From contig JANJGN010000018.1 of assembly GCA_026770705.1 (NCBI GenBank), positions 40,920,001-40,984,000 of the forward strand: a stretch of DNA of 64,000 bases. The letters are read 5' to 3'. Positions 1-12,788 of this stretch are shown in pieces. How positions within the stretch are numbered: the stretch's first letter is position 1; each line of letters starts with the position of its first letter. This DNA comes from Isurus oxyrinchus. Its lineage: Eukaryota. The notes beneath the pieces are model-generated. The model had not been told where the DNA came from. It saw only the letters and a list, made by a program, of their open reading frames with translations, and did not search any database. The position numbers were made by a program, and so were the translations under genes.

Positions 1-1968
1 GTAGGGGGGGTGGTGTGGTTGTAGGGACAAGCAAGCAGTGATAGAAGCAGATCATCAAAAGATGTCACAGACAAAAGGACAAAAGAACACATAGGTGTTG
101 AAGGTAGTGATATTATCTAAATGAATGTGCTAATTAAGAATGGATGGTAGGGCACTCAAGGTATAGCTCTAGTGGGGGTGGGGGGGGCATAAAAGATTTT
201 AAAATAATGGAAATAGGTGGGAAAAGAAAAATCTATATAAATTATTGGAAAAAACAAAAGGAAGGGGGAAGAAACAGAAAGGGGGTGGGGATGGAGGAGG
301 GAGTTCAAGATCTAAAGTTGTTGAATTCAATATTCAGTCTGGAAGGCTGTAAAGTGCCTAGTCGGAAGATGAGGTGCTGTTCCTCCAGTTTGCGTTGGGC
401 TTCACTGGAACAATGCAGCAAGCCAAGGACAGACATGTGGGCAAGAGAGCAGGTTGGAGTGTTAAAATGGCAAGCGACAGGGAGGTTTGGGTCATTCTTG
501 CAGACAGACTGCAGGTGTTCTGCAAAGCAGTCGCCCAGTTTACATTTGGTTTCTCCAATGTAGAGGAGACCACATTGGGAGTAATGAATGCAGTAGACTA
601 AGTTGGGGGAAATGCAAGTGAAATGTTGCTTCACTTGAAAGGAGTGTTTGGGCCCTTGGACGGTGAGGAGAGAGGAAGTGAAGGGGCAGGTGTTGCATCT
701 TTTGCATGGGCATGGGGAGGTGCCATAGCTGGGGGTTGAGGAGTAGGGTGTGATGGAGGAGTGGACCAGGGTGTCCCGGAGGGAATGATCCCTACGGAAT
801 GCCGACAGGGGGGTGAAGGGAAGATGTGTTTGGTGGTGGCATCATGCTGGAGTTGGCGGAAATGGCAGAGGATGATCCTTTGAATGCGGAGGCTGGTGGG
901 GTGATAAGTGAGGACAAGGGGGACCCTATCATGTTATGGGAGGGAGGAGAAGGCGTGAGGGCGGATGCGCGGGAGATGGTCCAGACACGGTTGAGGGCCT
1001 GTCAAAGATCATGGTTGGAAAACCTTGGTTAAAGAAGAAGGAGGACATGTCAGAGGAACTGCTTTTGAAGGTAGCATCATCAGAACAGATGCGATGGAAG
1101 TGAAGGAACTGAGAGAATGGGATGGAATCCTTACAGGAAGTGGGGTGTGAGGAGCTGTAGTCGAGGTAGCTGTGGGAGTCGGTAGGCTTGTAATGAATAT
1201 TGGTGGACAGTCTATCACCAGAAATTGAGACAGAGAGGTCAAGAAAGGGAAGGGAAGTGTCAGAGATGGACCACGTGAAAATGATGGAGGGGTGGAGATT
1301 GGAAGCAAAACTAATAAATTTTTCCAAGTCCCGACGAGAGCATGAAGCAGCACCGAAGTAATCATCGATGTACCAGAGAAAGAGTTGTGGAAGGGGGCCG
1401 GAGTAGGACCGGAACAAGGAATGTTCCACATACCCCATAAAGAGACAGGCATAGCTGGGGCCCATGCGGGTACCCATAGCCACACCTTTTATTTGGAGGA
1501 AGTGAGAGGAGTTGAAGGAGAAATTGTTCAATGTGAGAACAAGTTCAGCCAGACGGAGGAGAGTAGTGGTGGATGGGGATTGTTCAGGCCTGTGTTCGAG
1601 GAAGAAGCTAAGGGCCCTCAGACCATCCCAGTGGGGGATGGAGGTGTAGAGGGATTGGACGTCCATGGTGAAGAGGAAGCGGTTGGGGGCAGGGAACTGG
1701 AAATTGTTGATGTGATGTAAGATGTCAGAGGAATCACGGATGTAGGTGGGAAGGGACTGGACAAGGGGAGAGAGAAGGGAGTCAAGATAACAAGAAATGA
1801 GTTCTGTGGGGCAGGAGCAAGCTGACATGATCGGTCTACTGGGACAGTTCTGTTTGTGGATTTTGGGTAGGAGATAGAAGCGGGCTGTCCGAGGTTGGGC
1901 GACTATCAGGTTGGAAACTGTGGGAGGGAGATCCCCAGAGGAGATGAGGTCAGTGACGGTCCTGGAAA
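1..1968 (-). mobile_element. Penelope-like retroelement (RT + GIY-YIG endonuclease), 5'-truncated, runs off the left window edge
   Basis: ORF 929-1996 has RFYLLPKIHK, TMDVQSLYTSI, GVAMGTRMGP and YIDDYF. ORF 305-634 has VYCI..YIGET (GIY-YIG). Same family as 60534-62381, with small frameshifts near 810 and 1000. Confidence 0.93.
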
Positions 1969-2744
1969 TTAGATATATGGAATGAACGTCAAACAAGAGC
2001 AGTTAATCCTATGTCAATTAACATCTTTAATAGAGAATTGATTCAATATTTGAATTAAGTTTGAAGAATTTGAAGATTGTTGTAGTCGTGGAGGATAATG
2101 AAAGCAGCTTGCAACGTGAGGCATCCTGAATCAAAGTGAAAGGTTTACAGAACTTTCTCTTTTAACTTCTTCAAAGTTTACCCTATTATTCACTTCTCTC
2201 AGAGCATTAGATAGCAGCCATGCAGTGCAAATTCAACATGATTTGCTGAAAGGAGCAAGACTGAATTATGCAAGATCCTAATGTCCTTATCTAATTATCT
2301 TAAGTAGGCAGTTTCTGTCTATTTGATGAAATAGTCTCTGATTACCAATATGTAATTCTGTTTGTTGTCAGGAAATGTGAGCGCCTACCAGCTGACCAAT
2401 TACAATTTAATTAAGACCTATAGCAAAACCCCTGGGTCAAGATGAATCTCCACACAAATCAACCTGACTTGGCCCCGTAGAAAATCTGTCTCAAAGTCTC
2501 CTTTTTAAATTGAGTAAAAAATAATTTCTTTGGAATAAGGGGAAATACAAAAATCTGTCCATTTTGTTGTGGGCTTTGTTAAAGTAGCAAAAAGAGGAAT
2601 TTCACATACGTATTCAAAACAGCCTCATCGAATGCAATTTCAATCCCTCGCAAGTGTTGATTATTTTGGCTGAAGAAAATTAGGCAAAATATTGGGTTCA
2701 TCTCCAGTATCCAAGTTTGTTTTGAGTTCTCCAGTATTCTCACT

Positions 2745-3052
2745 TTTTATTTATTTATTCATTTATTCTTTAACAGGATGTGGATGTTGCTGACAAGCCT
2801 AGCATTTTTTGCGCATCCTTAATTGTCCTCAAACGAAATGGCTTGCTAGGGCATTTCAGAGGGCCGTTAAGAGGCAACCCCATTGCTGTGGATCTGGAGT
2901 CACATGTAGGCCAGACCAGGTAAGGATGGCAGATTTCCTTCCCTAAAGGACATTAGTGAACTAGATGGATTTTTGCAACGATCGATGATAGCTATCACGG
3001 CCACCATTATTAAGACTAGCTTTCAATTCCAGATTTTTATTAATTGAATTGT
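2745..3052 (-). mobile_element. HE1-like SINE, 5'-truncated
   Basis: Reverse-complement similarity to 23150-23420 (ttccttccctaaaggacattagtgaac, gctgtggatctggagtcacatg). Confidence 0.72.
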
Positions 3053-3649
3053 ACCTGGAATAATCTATTTCTAGACAGATGATTGACCTACATCTACAAT
3101 TTCAAGCACATTGTTGAATTTTACCACACTGCTGTGTCTGTAGGCTATTACAGCCATGGAATTATTTTCACTTTTTCTATAATATACATTTATAATTAAA
3201 TAAAACATAAAGGAAGATTGATCAGGCAAAAAAGTCACACCAAACAAACTATAGCAAATACTTGTTAAAAATATTTTTCAGCAATTTGGAGAGATCATTG
3301 AGAATTTAGACATTGCATTGTGCAAAATATATGTACTAAACACTTAACAATTGAGTCAGATTGCCACTCTCTCAAAAGTACTTACCTGGAACTCCAGGTG
3401 ATCCTGTCTCACCCGACCATCCGACTCAGGTCAGGCGAGATCTGTGCAGTGCAGCACGCTCCCAGGGCCTACAATCGAGGGCAGCTCAGCCGCAGGAAAG
3501 TTAGGCATGCTGCCATGAAACAGGTAGCTTTAAAGGTCCAGCCAGGTTTAAACTCTTTGACAAGTAGGAGGAAGCTAAGCATATAAGGTAAATGGGTAGG
3601 ATTTTGAGGACGGAGATGGTTGGATTGGGATGGGTCTTGGGGCAGTGGG

Positions 3650-4120
3650 GAGGTTGGTTGTCAGGCCTTGAGGGGGTTCAGCAGGTGGGCCTTGTGGGGT
3701 AGGGGTGGTCAGCAGACAGGCCTTGGGGAGGGTCAGCAGTTGGGCCTTGTGGGGGGAGGATGGGTCGCCAGTCATGCTTTGTGGGAGGGGAGGCAGTCAG
3801 GCCTTGTGTGGTGGGGGGGAGGCGGTCTGATATTGGGGGAGACAGCAGTTGGGCCTTGGGTGAGGGAGTTCCCATAGGGGGTGGGATAGTCAGGGGTGGG
3901 GGTGTTGCCTGGAGGTGGGGAAAGTGCCACATGGTGGTGAGTTCTTGTGGGTGTGGGTCGGAAAGAGCCCCTTGTGGGTGGGGAGTCCGTGGAGGGGGGT
4001 GGTTGGGGGGTAGTTGGTGGGTGGAGGGAGTCCCCTTTGGTTTCAGGGCTGGGGATGGTGACAAGAATCCTGTGGTTGGGTGGGGGGGGGGGGGGGGGGG
4101 GGGCGGGGGGTGGGGGGGAT
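3650..4120 (+). repeat. G-rich degenerate minisatellite (unit ~CAGCAGTTGGGCCTTGTGGGG) ending in a long poly-G run
   Basis: About six imperfect CAG(CAG)..GGCCTTG(T)GGG units at 3660-3865, and a G-run at 4081-4118. Confidence 0.7.
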
Positions 4121-7100
4121 GTGGTATGGGTATGTATAATAGTTACCAGGAGCTGGAAGTGGTTTTAATTTTTCTTATTTTTTGGGGGTAACTATTGATG
4201 TAACACAGTCTGAATCATCCGAAGTTTGGATTTAAATCTCATTTTCAGACAGTTCCTTGGGCAGGGTAATTGCCTATCAAAGTTTGCACTTTCCTGGCAA
4301 TTGCCATGCAATCCTTTCCTGGGATCTGCCAGGGCTTTGGTGGGGTGGGGGGGGGATCCCCAGGGCATCTTTGGGGCACCCCGCGAAAGCTATGTCCCAA
4401 TGTGTTTATGTGAAATTCTTTTGTTTTTCTAGTGGAGTTTCCAACTGATTCAAAATAGGCAGGTTTACACCTCTACTCATAAGCCAAAGTTATTCCACAC
4501 AAATCTGTTTGTTTTTGTATGACAACAATGCACAGCGTAATTTTTAGGCTCAAGAATGTTGGGATTCACTCAGTTAGAATTAGGCTGCCTGTTCATCCAT
4601 TGATTTTAGTGCAAGATTAATAGGGCTGTATTTCAAATGTACCTGCCATGGGATATAAAACATTACTGAATACCAAAACTAATATTTTTAAATTAGCTGT
4701 TTCAAGATTTATGCTGTTAATAAATATGGTGCAACAATATGTTTTATCATGGCCTTGGGATTCAGTGTAAGATGATGAAGTGACACACTGAAGGTAATTG
4801 TAACTCCCAAGAATTGATGGGTTTGGATCATGAGAGAAGTTAAAGCTTTCAAACTTTCCAACCTGACCCCAACCCGACTCGAGCCCAGGCACTTCCAGTT
4901 TTAAAGGAGGCAGGATAAGGATGGGGGGAGGGGTAGACAGGCAACAATCAGCTCTCAGGAGGCTCTCAATCTTTAAGGTGGTTAAGTGCCTCCAATTTAA
5001 CAAGGAGGAGAATTTTCTTCAACTCCATCGCTGCAATGAGATTAGTCAAGGGCAACAACTGAATATATTTCATAGAAACTATTAAAATTAGCAGAGGTCT
5101 TATTCTGATTAATGTTGTGTAGTATGGTGAGAGACATATCTCAATTCTGCCGACATTGTGCTTTTACTAAAACATTGCATTGTGTTTAAAATACAGAGCT
5201 CCCAAACTAAAAAAAACAAATGACATGTAGAACAGCTAAATGATTAACCTTTATCTGATAAAAAGTTATTTGAAAGGAGATTATTTGGGGCATTAGACTT
5301 GTCTGACTCTGTTTAGAGTGCTACACAAACAACTTCAAAAATCTGCATTTATTTTTTGAGCAGGGAAAGTGTTCAGACACTTATTACTTACTGAGTTAGA
5401 AATCTGTATAAAAGGTAACAGATAGTGATCATAGTGCAGAAAGAAGCCATTTGGACCCATTTGGATTGGATGTGTGGGCATGGCACAATCCTCTCCAAGC
5501 TCTGCTTAGCTGGACACAAATGTTGAACCACAGGATTGTTCATTGAGATGGAGAATGCCCGAGATGCATCAGCAACAGACAGTCATGCCACACACATTCT
5601 CCTCAATAGTGGAAAGGAAGCAGGACTCCAGCATGAACAGTAAATTGGTGACACAGGGAATTGTAGAAATGTCTGCCATAGAGAGCAGCTGCCTTCATGG
5701 AGCTTCATCATGGCTCTCAAGTGAGCCCATGCAAATGATTTCCATGGCTGTATAGGAAATATCTGAGGTATCCATGGCCATATAATGCTTCATATAACTC
5801 TACGAAGCTGATCTGCATCTGAGTGGTGATGGCACTGACCCAGGAGAGTGATGAATGTGAAAGTAAATGTGGAAGTGGAAACTCCATTCAAAGTGCCCCC
5901 TCTTCTCACCTGCTGCTCCTCTGCATGTCACCCCTACCCTCCAACTCAGTCAGTACCTCACAATCTGTCTCCTCTACCAATGACTGAGTCTGTTCCTACC
6001 CATGTACACAGTACTTGGTGGGTCTCAGGGGCTCCAAAACCTAAAGGATAACAGCCAAGAGCAGCTTGACAGTCAGAGCAGGGATCTGAACTGCCTGCCA
6101 TTGTGTCTGACAAAGTTGTACTCTTTTGCACTAGGTAGAAGCATAATTCAAGAAATTATAATTTACCAAAATGTTTGACAAAGTGTTAAGTTGTTAAGTT
6201 TCTTTTTTTCATAATGCTAAATAAAATGCATTGATTAGTATCACTTACACAAATTGCTCATTATTGCATCCCGAGTGCCAACTTGCCCTTTCATGTCTTT
6301 CATGTTAAATGTGAGGAATTGGGTGGATTCGCACTGGATAGGTTAATGAATGATGGACTGTTTAGTGAAAAGTGGAAGGGTGGGTGGGGGTGAGGGGGAT
6401 GGTGCTGGGAGAGGTGGGGGAGCTTGTGTTGGTCCTGGTAGCAGGCAACAGAATTTAATTCCTTAACTTTCACTCTAATGTTAGTGAATCTCTTTTGCAA
6501 CTTGTCTAGTGCCTCTATGTTCTTTTTATAATATGGAAACCAGAATTGTTCACATGACCCCGTGTGGGCCAACCAAGGTTCTCTACAAGATCAATATAAG
6601 TTCTCTGTTTTCCAATTTTTAACCCTCCAGCAATGAAAGGTAGGTCTTTATTTGCTTTTTTTAAGGCCTTATTAACTAGTACTTTTCGTGACTGTTTCCC
6701 CAGGGGCAGAATTTTCCCATTGGCATGTGGGGGCGGGTTCCGCACATCCGCACGTAAAATGATGTGCAGTGATGTCAGGCGGTGATGTCACCGAGCGCCA
6801 TCGCGATATTTCGCTGGTTGGGCATGTGATGATGTCCAATGCGTGCCAGCCATTAATTAACAGGCTACTTAAGGCCCTTGACTCCCCAATTGACACCGAT
6901 TTTTTGGCGCCCGTGCAATTTTTGTGTCGACACACAGGCACAACGGGCAGGCGGTAGGACAGATTTGTATAAATCTCATCCATGGTTGGGTAAGAGGGGT
7001 CAGTGGGGTAGCAAGTGTACACAGTTATGTATTTATTTATGAAAGTATTTGAAACTTGCCTGTGTGATCTGCAGTACTTCAAACACATACCAGCTGCTTT

Positions 7101-7189
7101 TTCTGGACTCTTAATCTTCAGGTCAGCACTGTGCAGTGAGGAATCTTTTCAGGCCTGCAGGTTTCAGGAAGCCTTTCCTTAGCCTGGGA

Positions 7190-8405
7190 ATGGGAACTGA
7201 ATTGTCCACTGGAGGCAGCTCCTCCGAGGAGAAGGGAGGGCTAGAAGGGGGGAGGAGGCCAGGAGTGCAAATTCAGCCTCCAGGGGAGCCACCTTTGGGA
7301 GGACAGGCGCAGGCACAAGGGACGCAGGGCCAACAGGAAGTCCAAGGTGGAAGAGGCTGCAGAAGACGCCACTATCCTGCTGCCAGGGTATACAGGCGGC
7401 GAAGTAGCTACCTCAATATGACTGAGGTGCAGTGTCGAAGGAGGCTCCATCTTTCAAGGGAGACAGTCAACTATATCTGTCAGATGATAGGCCCTGAGAT
7501 CTCCGTGAACTGTGTGGGTGGACACCCCTTGCCAATGGCGCTGAAGGTCACAGCTGCCCTCAACTTCTATGCCTCTGACTCCTTCCAGGGCTCGGTGGGT
7601 GATCTTTGCACTGTCTCCCAATCAGCTGTCCACACTTGTGTCAAGCAGGTTTCAGACGCTCTGTTCAGACGGGCATTAACCTTCATCCACTTCCATTGGG
7701 ACCAGGCAAGACAGATACAGCGAGCCAGAGGCTTTGTGACCATTGCTGGCTTCCCCCGTGTTGAGGGTGCAATAGACTGTACACATGTGGCCATCAAAGT
7801 GCTAGCAGGTGAGCTTGGTGCCGTCGTCAACAGGAAGGGCTTCAACTCCATGAACGTGCAGATAGTGTGTGATCACAGGATGCAGATTCTACAAGTCAGT
7901 GCAAGGTACCCAGGCAGCTCCCATCCTCAGACACTCCCAGGTGCCAGGGCTCTTCAGAGCTCCGGCTCAGCTGGATGGATGGCTGCTGGGTGACAAGGGC
8001 TATCCCGTCAGAAGGTGACTCATGACCTTCTCCACCATCCAAGAACAGAAGCTGAGCAGCGCTACAATAGGAGTCACGGCTCCACAAGTGCTGGTCGAGA
8101 AAACCATTGGTCTTCTCAAGAAGTGCTTCCAATGCCTGGACCACTCAGTACTCCAGTACCCCCCAGATCATGTGGCGCTGATAGTGGTTGCATGCTGCAC
8201 TCTCTGCAATCTTGCGCTGGAAAGGGGGGACGCTGTGGATGATGAAGACGTAGATGCAGTGGCTGTGGCTGCACATGTTGAGTCCAGCAGTGAGTCCGAG
8301 GATAAGCTCGCACGGGGACATGCTGAGGGGGTAGACGCTGACCCGGGCATTCTCCAGGGAGGCAAGGACACCCAGGAGGCTTTAATCCAATGAACCTTCA
8401 GCTAG
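7190..8405 (+). pseudogene. HARBI1-like DDE transposase of Harbinger element 1 (frameshifted)
   Basis: [65 protein letters not shown]. Deletion/frameshifts near 7921 and 8020-8090. Confidence 0.88.
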
Positions 8406-8669
8406 CACACCACATATGGTCCACCTGGTTAGGAGCAGTCACTGTGCCTTTTTAATAAAACTGAATGTCCAACAAAGCACTCAGCTTTATAAACCATACA
8501 CATGCAGAAGAAAAGAGGCACCCTCAGCATGGTGACATATCTGAATTTAATATGTCAAGCAAACCAACTTATTCCAAAAAAAGAGAAAATATTGTTACAA
8601 AACCAAACAAATCATAAGGACCTCATCTCGGGCCAACACAAAAGCACCAGTGGAAAACATGTGGTGTGC

Positions 8670-10768
8670 CTAAGGTGCCTTATGTTGATGTTTTCGAGTG
8701 CTACATCTTGGTGCTGCCCTCTCGCTGGGAGTGGCATCTGAGACAGCCTGCTGACTCTGTTGTCCTGTTGGCCTCGATGACCTTGGCGGTTGTCCTCTGG
8801 CTGGTGGAACGAGTGCCGGCCCCGCCTAGGAGGGATCTGCCAGTTTCACAGCTGGCATCTCCCCAGTCTTTGCAGCCTCACCGGATGGTACAGTCACTGG
8901 GAGAGGGGCGAAGTTGCTGGTGCCTGCAGAAATGCCAGGCAGCTGCTGCTCCGACATGAAATCGCTTCGGACTTCCCTGCTCACCGTGGATGGATGGGCA
9001 CCGAGCTGGGAAAGTTGATGCTCCAGGAGGAGCCTCTCCACGAGAGTCACCCTCTCTCCATGGAGGATGCATGGTGCTCAGACATGTGGCTCATTGCTTT
9101 GGCGATCATCCGCGTAGATTCTTCCACCACAGAGACCAAGCCAAGCATAGCCTCATGTATCTCCACCAGATGGTCCCACACACCCAGCCACATTTCCTGC
9201 ATCTGCTGTGTCACGGACGGTGCCAGAGGCACATCATCAGGCACCAACTGAGCATGTGCCTGGTCCCCTGCAGTCCTTCAACTGCTGGCGCCATGGGCAC
9301 TCTCTATATCTTCCAGCACCTCTAGCAACTGGGAAGTGCCCTCACCACTGTGTCCCGGGACACTAGCCAATGTTCTAATTACCACCGAGGTGCGAGTATC
9401 TGTGCTGGTGCCTGCCTGGCAGAAATGTTGTGACGCTGGTGAGACTTCAGGGCCCTCAGGTGTGAGAGGGGGCTTCTGCTGCTCCTCCTCCCGGCCCTGC
9501 TCCGATGATGCTGAAAGGAAGAACAAGGACATTGGATCAGTTAATGTGGAGACAATGTTAATATGCATCCCTGTCCCCTGGATCATTATGCACTCATTCT
9601 TCCATAACAAATGGTCAAGGCATGTTGTAAAATTAAATCAATTAATATACAACAGTGCTATGGCTGTGGGACAACAATGCTGACGTCACAGTTGCGCATA
9701 AATACCTGGCCATGGCACCCCAGCCTCACCAACACCAGTGGACATTGGCACATGGTGTCTCTCCAGATCCAGGGCCTCCTGCTCGAAGCGGCTAAGAATG
9801 GCGATCTGCGCCTGACCGCCGCCAGTCCTCGCATGCTCTGCCATGTTATGAGCGTTCTTCTCCTGAAAAGGAGAGACGAACATTGATTAGTGAAAATTGT
9901 ACCTGGACTCTCTTCGCACATGGCCCACCCCAACCAGAGTGGGACATTGCAGGGCTCCTGTGTCTTCTCACCCCACTGCTGCCAAATACTCACACAAAGA
10001 TGCTAGGTATATCCTCCCATAGCACGGAGGCGCAAGCACGTGGAGCCCAGAGGGCAGCAGATCAATCATTGCTGACACCATCTTGAAGCTCCCCTCCCAG
10101 CATCTCATCACCCTGACTTGGACATGTCCTGGAGTTCAAGCACAGAGCCCAGGTGCAGCTCCTCCAGGTGCCCCCAAATCAGTCATGTGGGTCTCAGTGT
10201 AACACATGCTGTGGGGGCAAAACACATCTCTTCATCACCCTCTCAGGCTGACCTCAGCATGGGCAGTATCTGCTTGCCCACCCAGCGAAGGATATATGCC
10301 ATCAATGATTCAATGCAGTCACTAAATTCAGACTTGAGGTGAGGGGGTGGTACAGCAGAGGGGGTAAGCTGACCTGCTGGGGTACATGACCAATGCCAAC
10401 ATGGTACTCACCCTGCCAGAGTGCAACAAGTCATTGAAGTGCTTGCGACACTGGATCCAGGTGCGCTGCACCACACCACAGGAGCTCACCACCTCCCCCA
10501 CCTCCTCCCAGGCACATTTCGTCATGAGGGGGGGCCTCCTCCTGCCATCCTAAGGAACCAGTGCCTCCCGGTAAGCTGCCACCTCCTCAAAGAGGGCAGC
10601 AAGGCAGTCATCTGATAAACGGCAGGCACTACCCTCTGGCCTGACCTGTCCCACTGCCCTACCCTCCAGCCTTGCCTGCTCCGCTGGCCTACCCTCCGGA
10701 CTGGCCTGCTCACCAGAAGCCCTCTGGTGGGTCCTTCCACTGTAAACAGCCTTACAAAGGCTGCCATT
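8670..10768 (-). pseudogene. Spliced Myb/SANT-like (trihelix) second gene of Harbinger element 1, three exons
   Basis: Exon 1 (...AWEEVGEVVSS..RTWIQCRKHFNDL) ends at 10412 (AGG|gtgag). Exon 2 spans 9862-9706 (EKNAHN..RTGGG). Exon 3 runs from 9510 to a stop at 8670. Phases are compatible; an in-frame stop and frameshifts are present. Confidence 0.78.
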
Positions 10769-11619
10769 GCTTCAGATAAACAGGCCGCCGGGTCGCCATT
10801 GGACCCAGCGGGCAATGCATTCCTGGCGCTGCCTGCCCACTTCCCGCTATCTTTGGGAGTCGCGCATTACGCTGGGCGAGCCTTAATTGGCTCACCTGCA
10901 TAAAATGATGGCACGGGCCCGATCACGGGCCGCAATTGGGTCTGTGCCCACCCATGCAGGATTCCCACTCCGCCCTCCCGCCTACCAGAATTCAGCACCA
11001 GATTTCTCAGTTACTATTCCATTTAGATGCTTATTTTCTAAAATACACATGGCCTCCTTATTCTTCCTGGAAAAATGTACTACCTCACACTTATCTATGT
11101 TAAAGTTTATTTGCCAATTACCAGCTCTTTCTACAAGTTTATTTGTGTCACAACTCTTCTCTGTATTAAGCAGAGCCCTCAGCCCCAATTTGCTGTCATC
11201 AGTATCATGCCAAAACTCTAACACAATACCGTATCTGGGACTACATGCCACCACAAGGGTAGTGCCCCCACCATTTGCTTGCCATTTCAGTTTAATGTTG
11301 AGGGGTGGGGATTGGGGTAGATTTCAATTCTGAATGGGTTTCAGGCAGGCTAGTGAGCAGGAGGAGTTATGGGGAGAACTTGCAAGATAAGCATCAAACA
11401 CATCCCAATTTCAACTGTTTGAGGCCTGGATTATTTTAACTATTTTTCATCCCACTGACCAGCTGCCCCCCAAAGATGGTTGGAAAGAAGCAGCTGGTTG
11501 GTGTAGATTGGCTAAGAACACATAGCTTAGATGCTGTCTGCCTGCTGGAAAGTTAAATAAAGGTTTTAGTAGGGTCCTGCAATAGGAGAGTGGAAAGGAG
11601 TCTGAGACCACAACAGCAA

Positions 11620-11992
11620 CAAGTTGCATTTATACAGCACCTTTAACATCCCTAGGTGCTCCACAGATGTTATCAAACAAAATCCGGCACCAAACCACAA
11701 ATGGAGATTTTAGAGCAGATGGCCAAAAACATATGTCAAAGAGGTAGGCTTTAGGGACCGCCTTATAAGAGGAATGAGAGGTACGGAGGTGAAGAGATTT
11801 ACAGAACAAATTCAAGAGCTTAGGGTCTTAGCAGCTGAGGGCATGGCCACTGATGATGGAGTGATTAAAATAGGGAATGTTCAAGAGGTTAGAGATTTGG
11901 GTGGGCTGCGTGGCTGTAAAGTTAGAAATAGGAAGGGTAAAGGCCATGGAGGATTATGAAAACAAGAATGAGAATGTTAAAATCAAGGCATA
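11620..11992 (+). mobile_element. L2 LINE-derived fragment (similar fragments at ~14100-14435, 15001-15230 and 44100-44470)
   Basis: tcaaagaggtaggctttaggg, aggccatggaggattatgaaaacaagaatgagaat and similar antisense-L2 3' motifs recurring in the window. Confidence 0.55.
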
Positions 11993-12688
11993 TATTTAAA
12001 AAAATTAAAAAGGAAAATAGAAGCAGTACTTCTGCTTCTCCCGGTCCCACAAAGGAAAGTTTAACACTTAATAGCCTTTTCAGTTTTCAACTTTTATGGA
12101 TGGGGCCATGGCAGCAGACTTCCTGCACAGAAGTCCAGTGGATTCCTATTGATGTAATAGCAATGAATAGCTTGTTTTAGGGTGAGTGCCTCATCTGCTG
12201 CCAAAATAGCAGCGTTAAGTTCCCTGCACTTAATTCACCATCTCCTCTTTAACCAACTCAAGTAAAAATTCGACCAGTTAAAATTCCCATTAGTGTTCAC
12301 AGGGTGGCCATAGGCTTTTTGAAAGTGTTAGAATACATTCCAATCTGCACAAATAGCCCAACTATGTAACATTACTACTGAGCTATCAAAGCATGATAGG
12401 AACTGTTGGATGGTGAAAGCTTTGCTCAGAACTAAAATCCAATTGCTGCCAGGGGTGTGCTAATTCTATTAGCTTTTCAATGATAATTGCCATTTGCTTT
12501 CATGTTGCACGGTAAGTTTTGACTGTTGGGCGCAGGTATGCACTAACCTATTTTGCTGTGGCTTCTGAGGACTTAAATGCTATTTTTGGCACATTGCACG
12601 AAAATCCCAAAGGACAAGACAGGGGTTTGACTGCTTAAAAGTATGCTGATAAAAAGCTCACTTGCTGGCCTAATAGGTAAGAATACCG

Positions 12689-12788
12689 AGACAAAAACAA
12701 AAATTGCTGGAAAAACTCGGCTGGTCTGACAGCATCTGTGGAGAGAAAGACAGAGTTAACGTTTCGACTCCAGATGACTCTTCTTCAG
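12689..12788 (-). mobile_element. Short Penelope-terminus (hammerhead-bearing) insertion, different subfamily, 14-bp TSD
   Basis: The minus strand reads CTGAAGA-A-GAGTC-ATCTG-GAGTC-GAAACGTTAACTCTG...GATGCTG...CCAGCAATTTTTG. Flanks are AGGTAAGAATACCG (12675-12688) and AGGTAAGAATACTG (12787-12800; the AG overlaps the element end). Confidence 0.8.

Larger units (their letters stand above)
6704..10998. mobile_element. Full-length two-gene PIF/Harbinger DNA transposon (degenerate) nested in a CR1 fragment
   Basis: Termini GGGCAGAATT / AATTCAGCAC form an imperfect TIR. CAG flanks both ends (6701-6703 and 10999-11001). Contains convergent transposase and Myb/SANT genes. CR1 sequence continues on both sides. 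Confidence 0.88.
6478..11210 (-). mobile_element. CR1 LINE fragment split by Harbinger element 1 (parts ~6478-6700 and 11002-11210)
   Basis: DDSKLG..WQINFNIDKCEVVHF on one side; VNKALKKAN and FWFPYYKKNIEALDKLQKRFT on the other. Confidence 0.75.

Noticed and set aside
3386-3422. Collagen-like GWSGETGSPGVPG followed by a GTAAG donor on the minus strand
   Set aside because: No in-phase acceptor, a stop two codons upstream, no other Gly-X-Y exons, and it lies at the edge of a repeat.
3575-4191. Pro-rich and Gly-rich ORFs
   Set aside because: These are low-complexity translations of the G-rich minisatellite.
5540-6110. Possible host exon (also ~27850-28330)
   Set aside because: Better explained as very decayed remnants of Harbinger ORF2 exon 3; no intact frame or splice structure.
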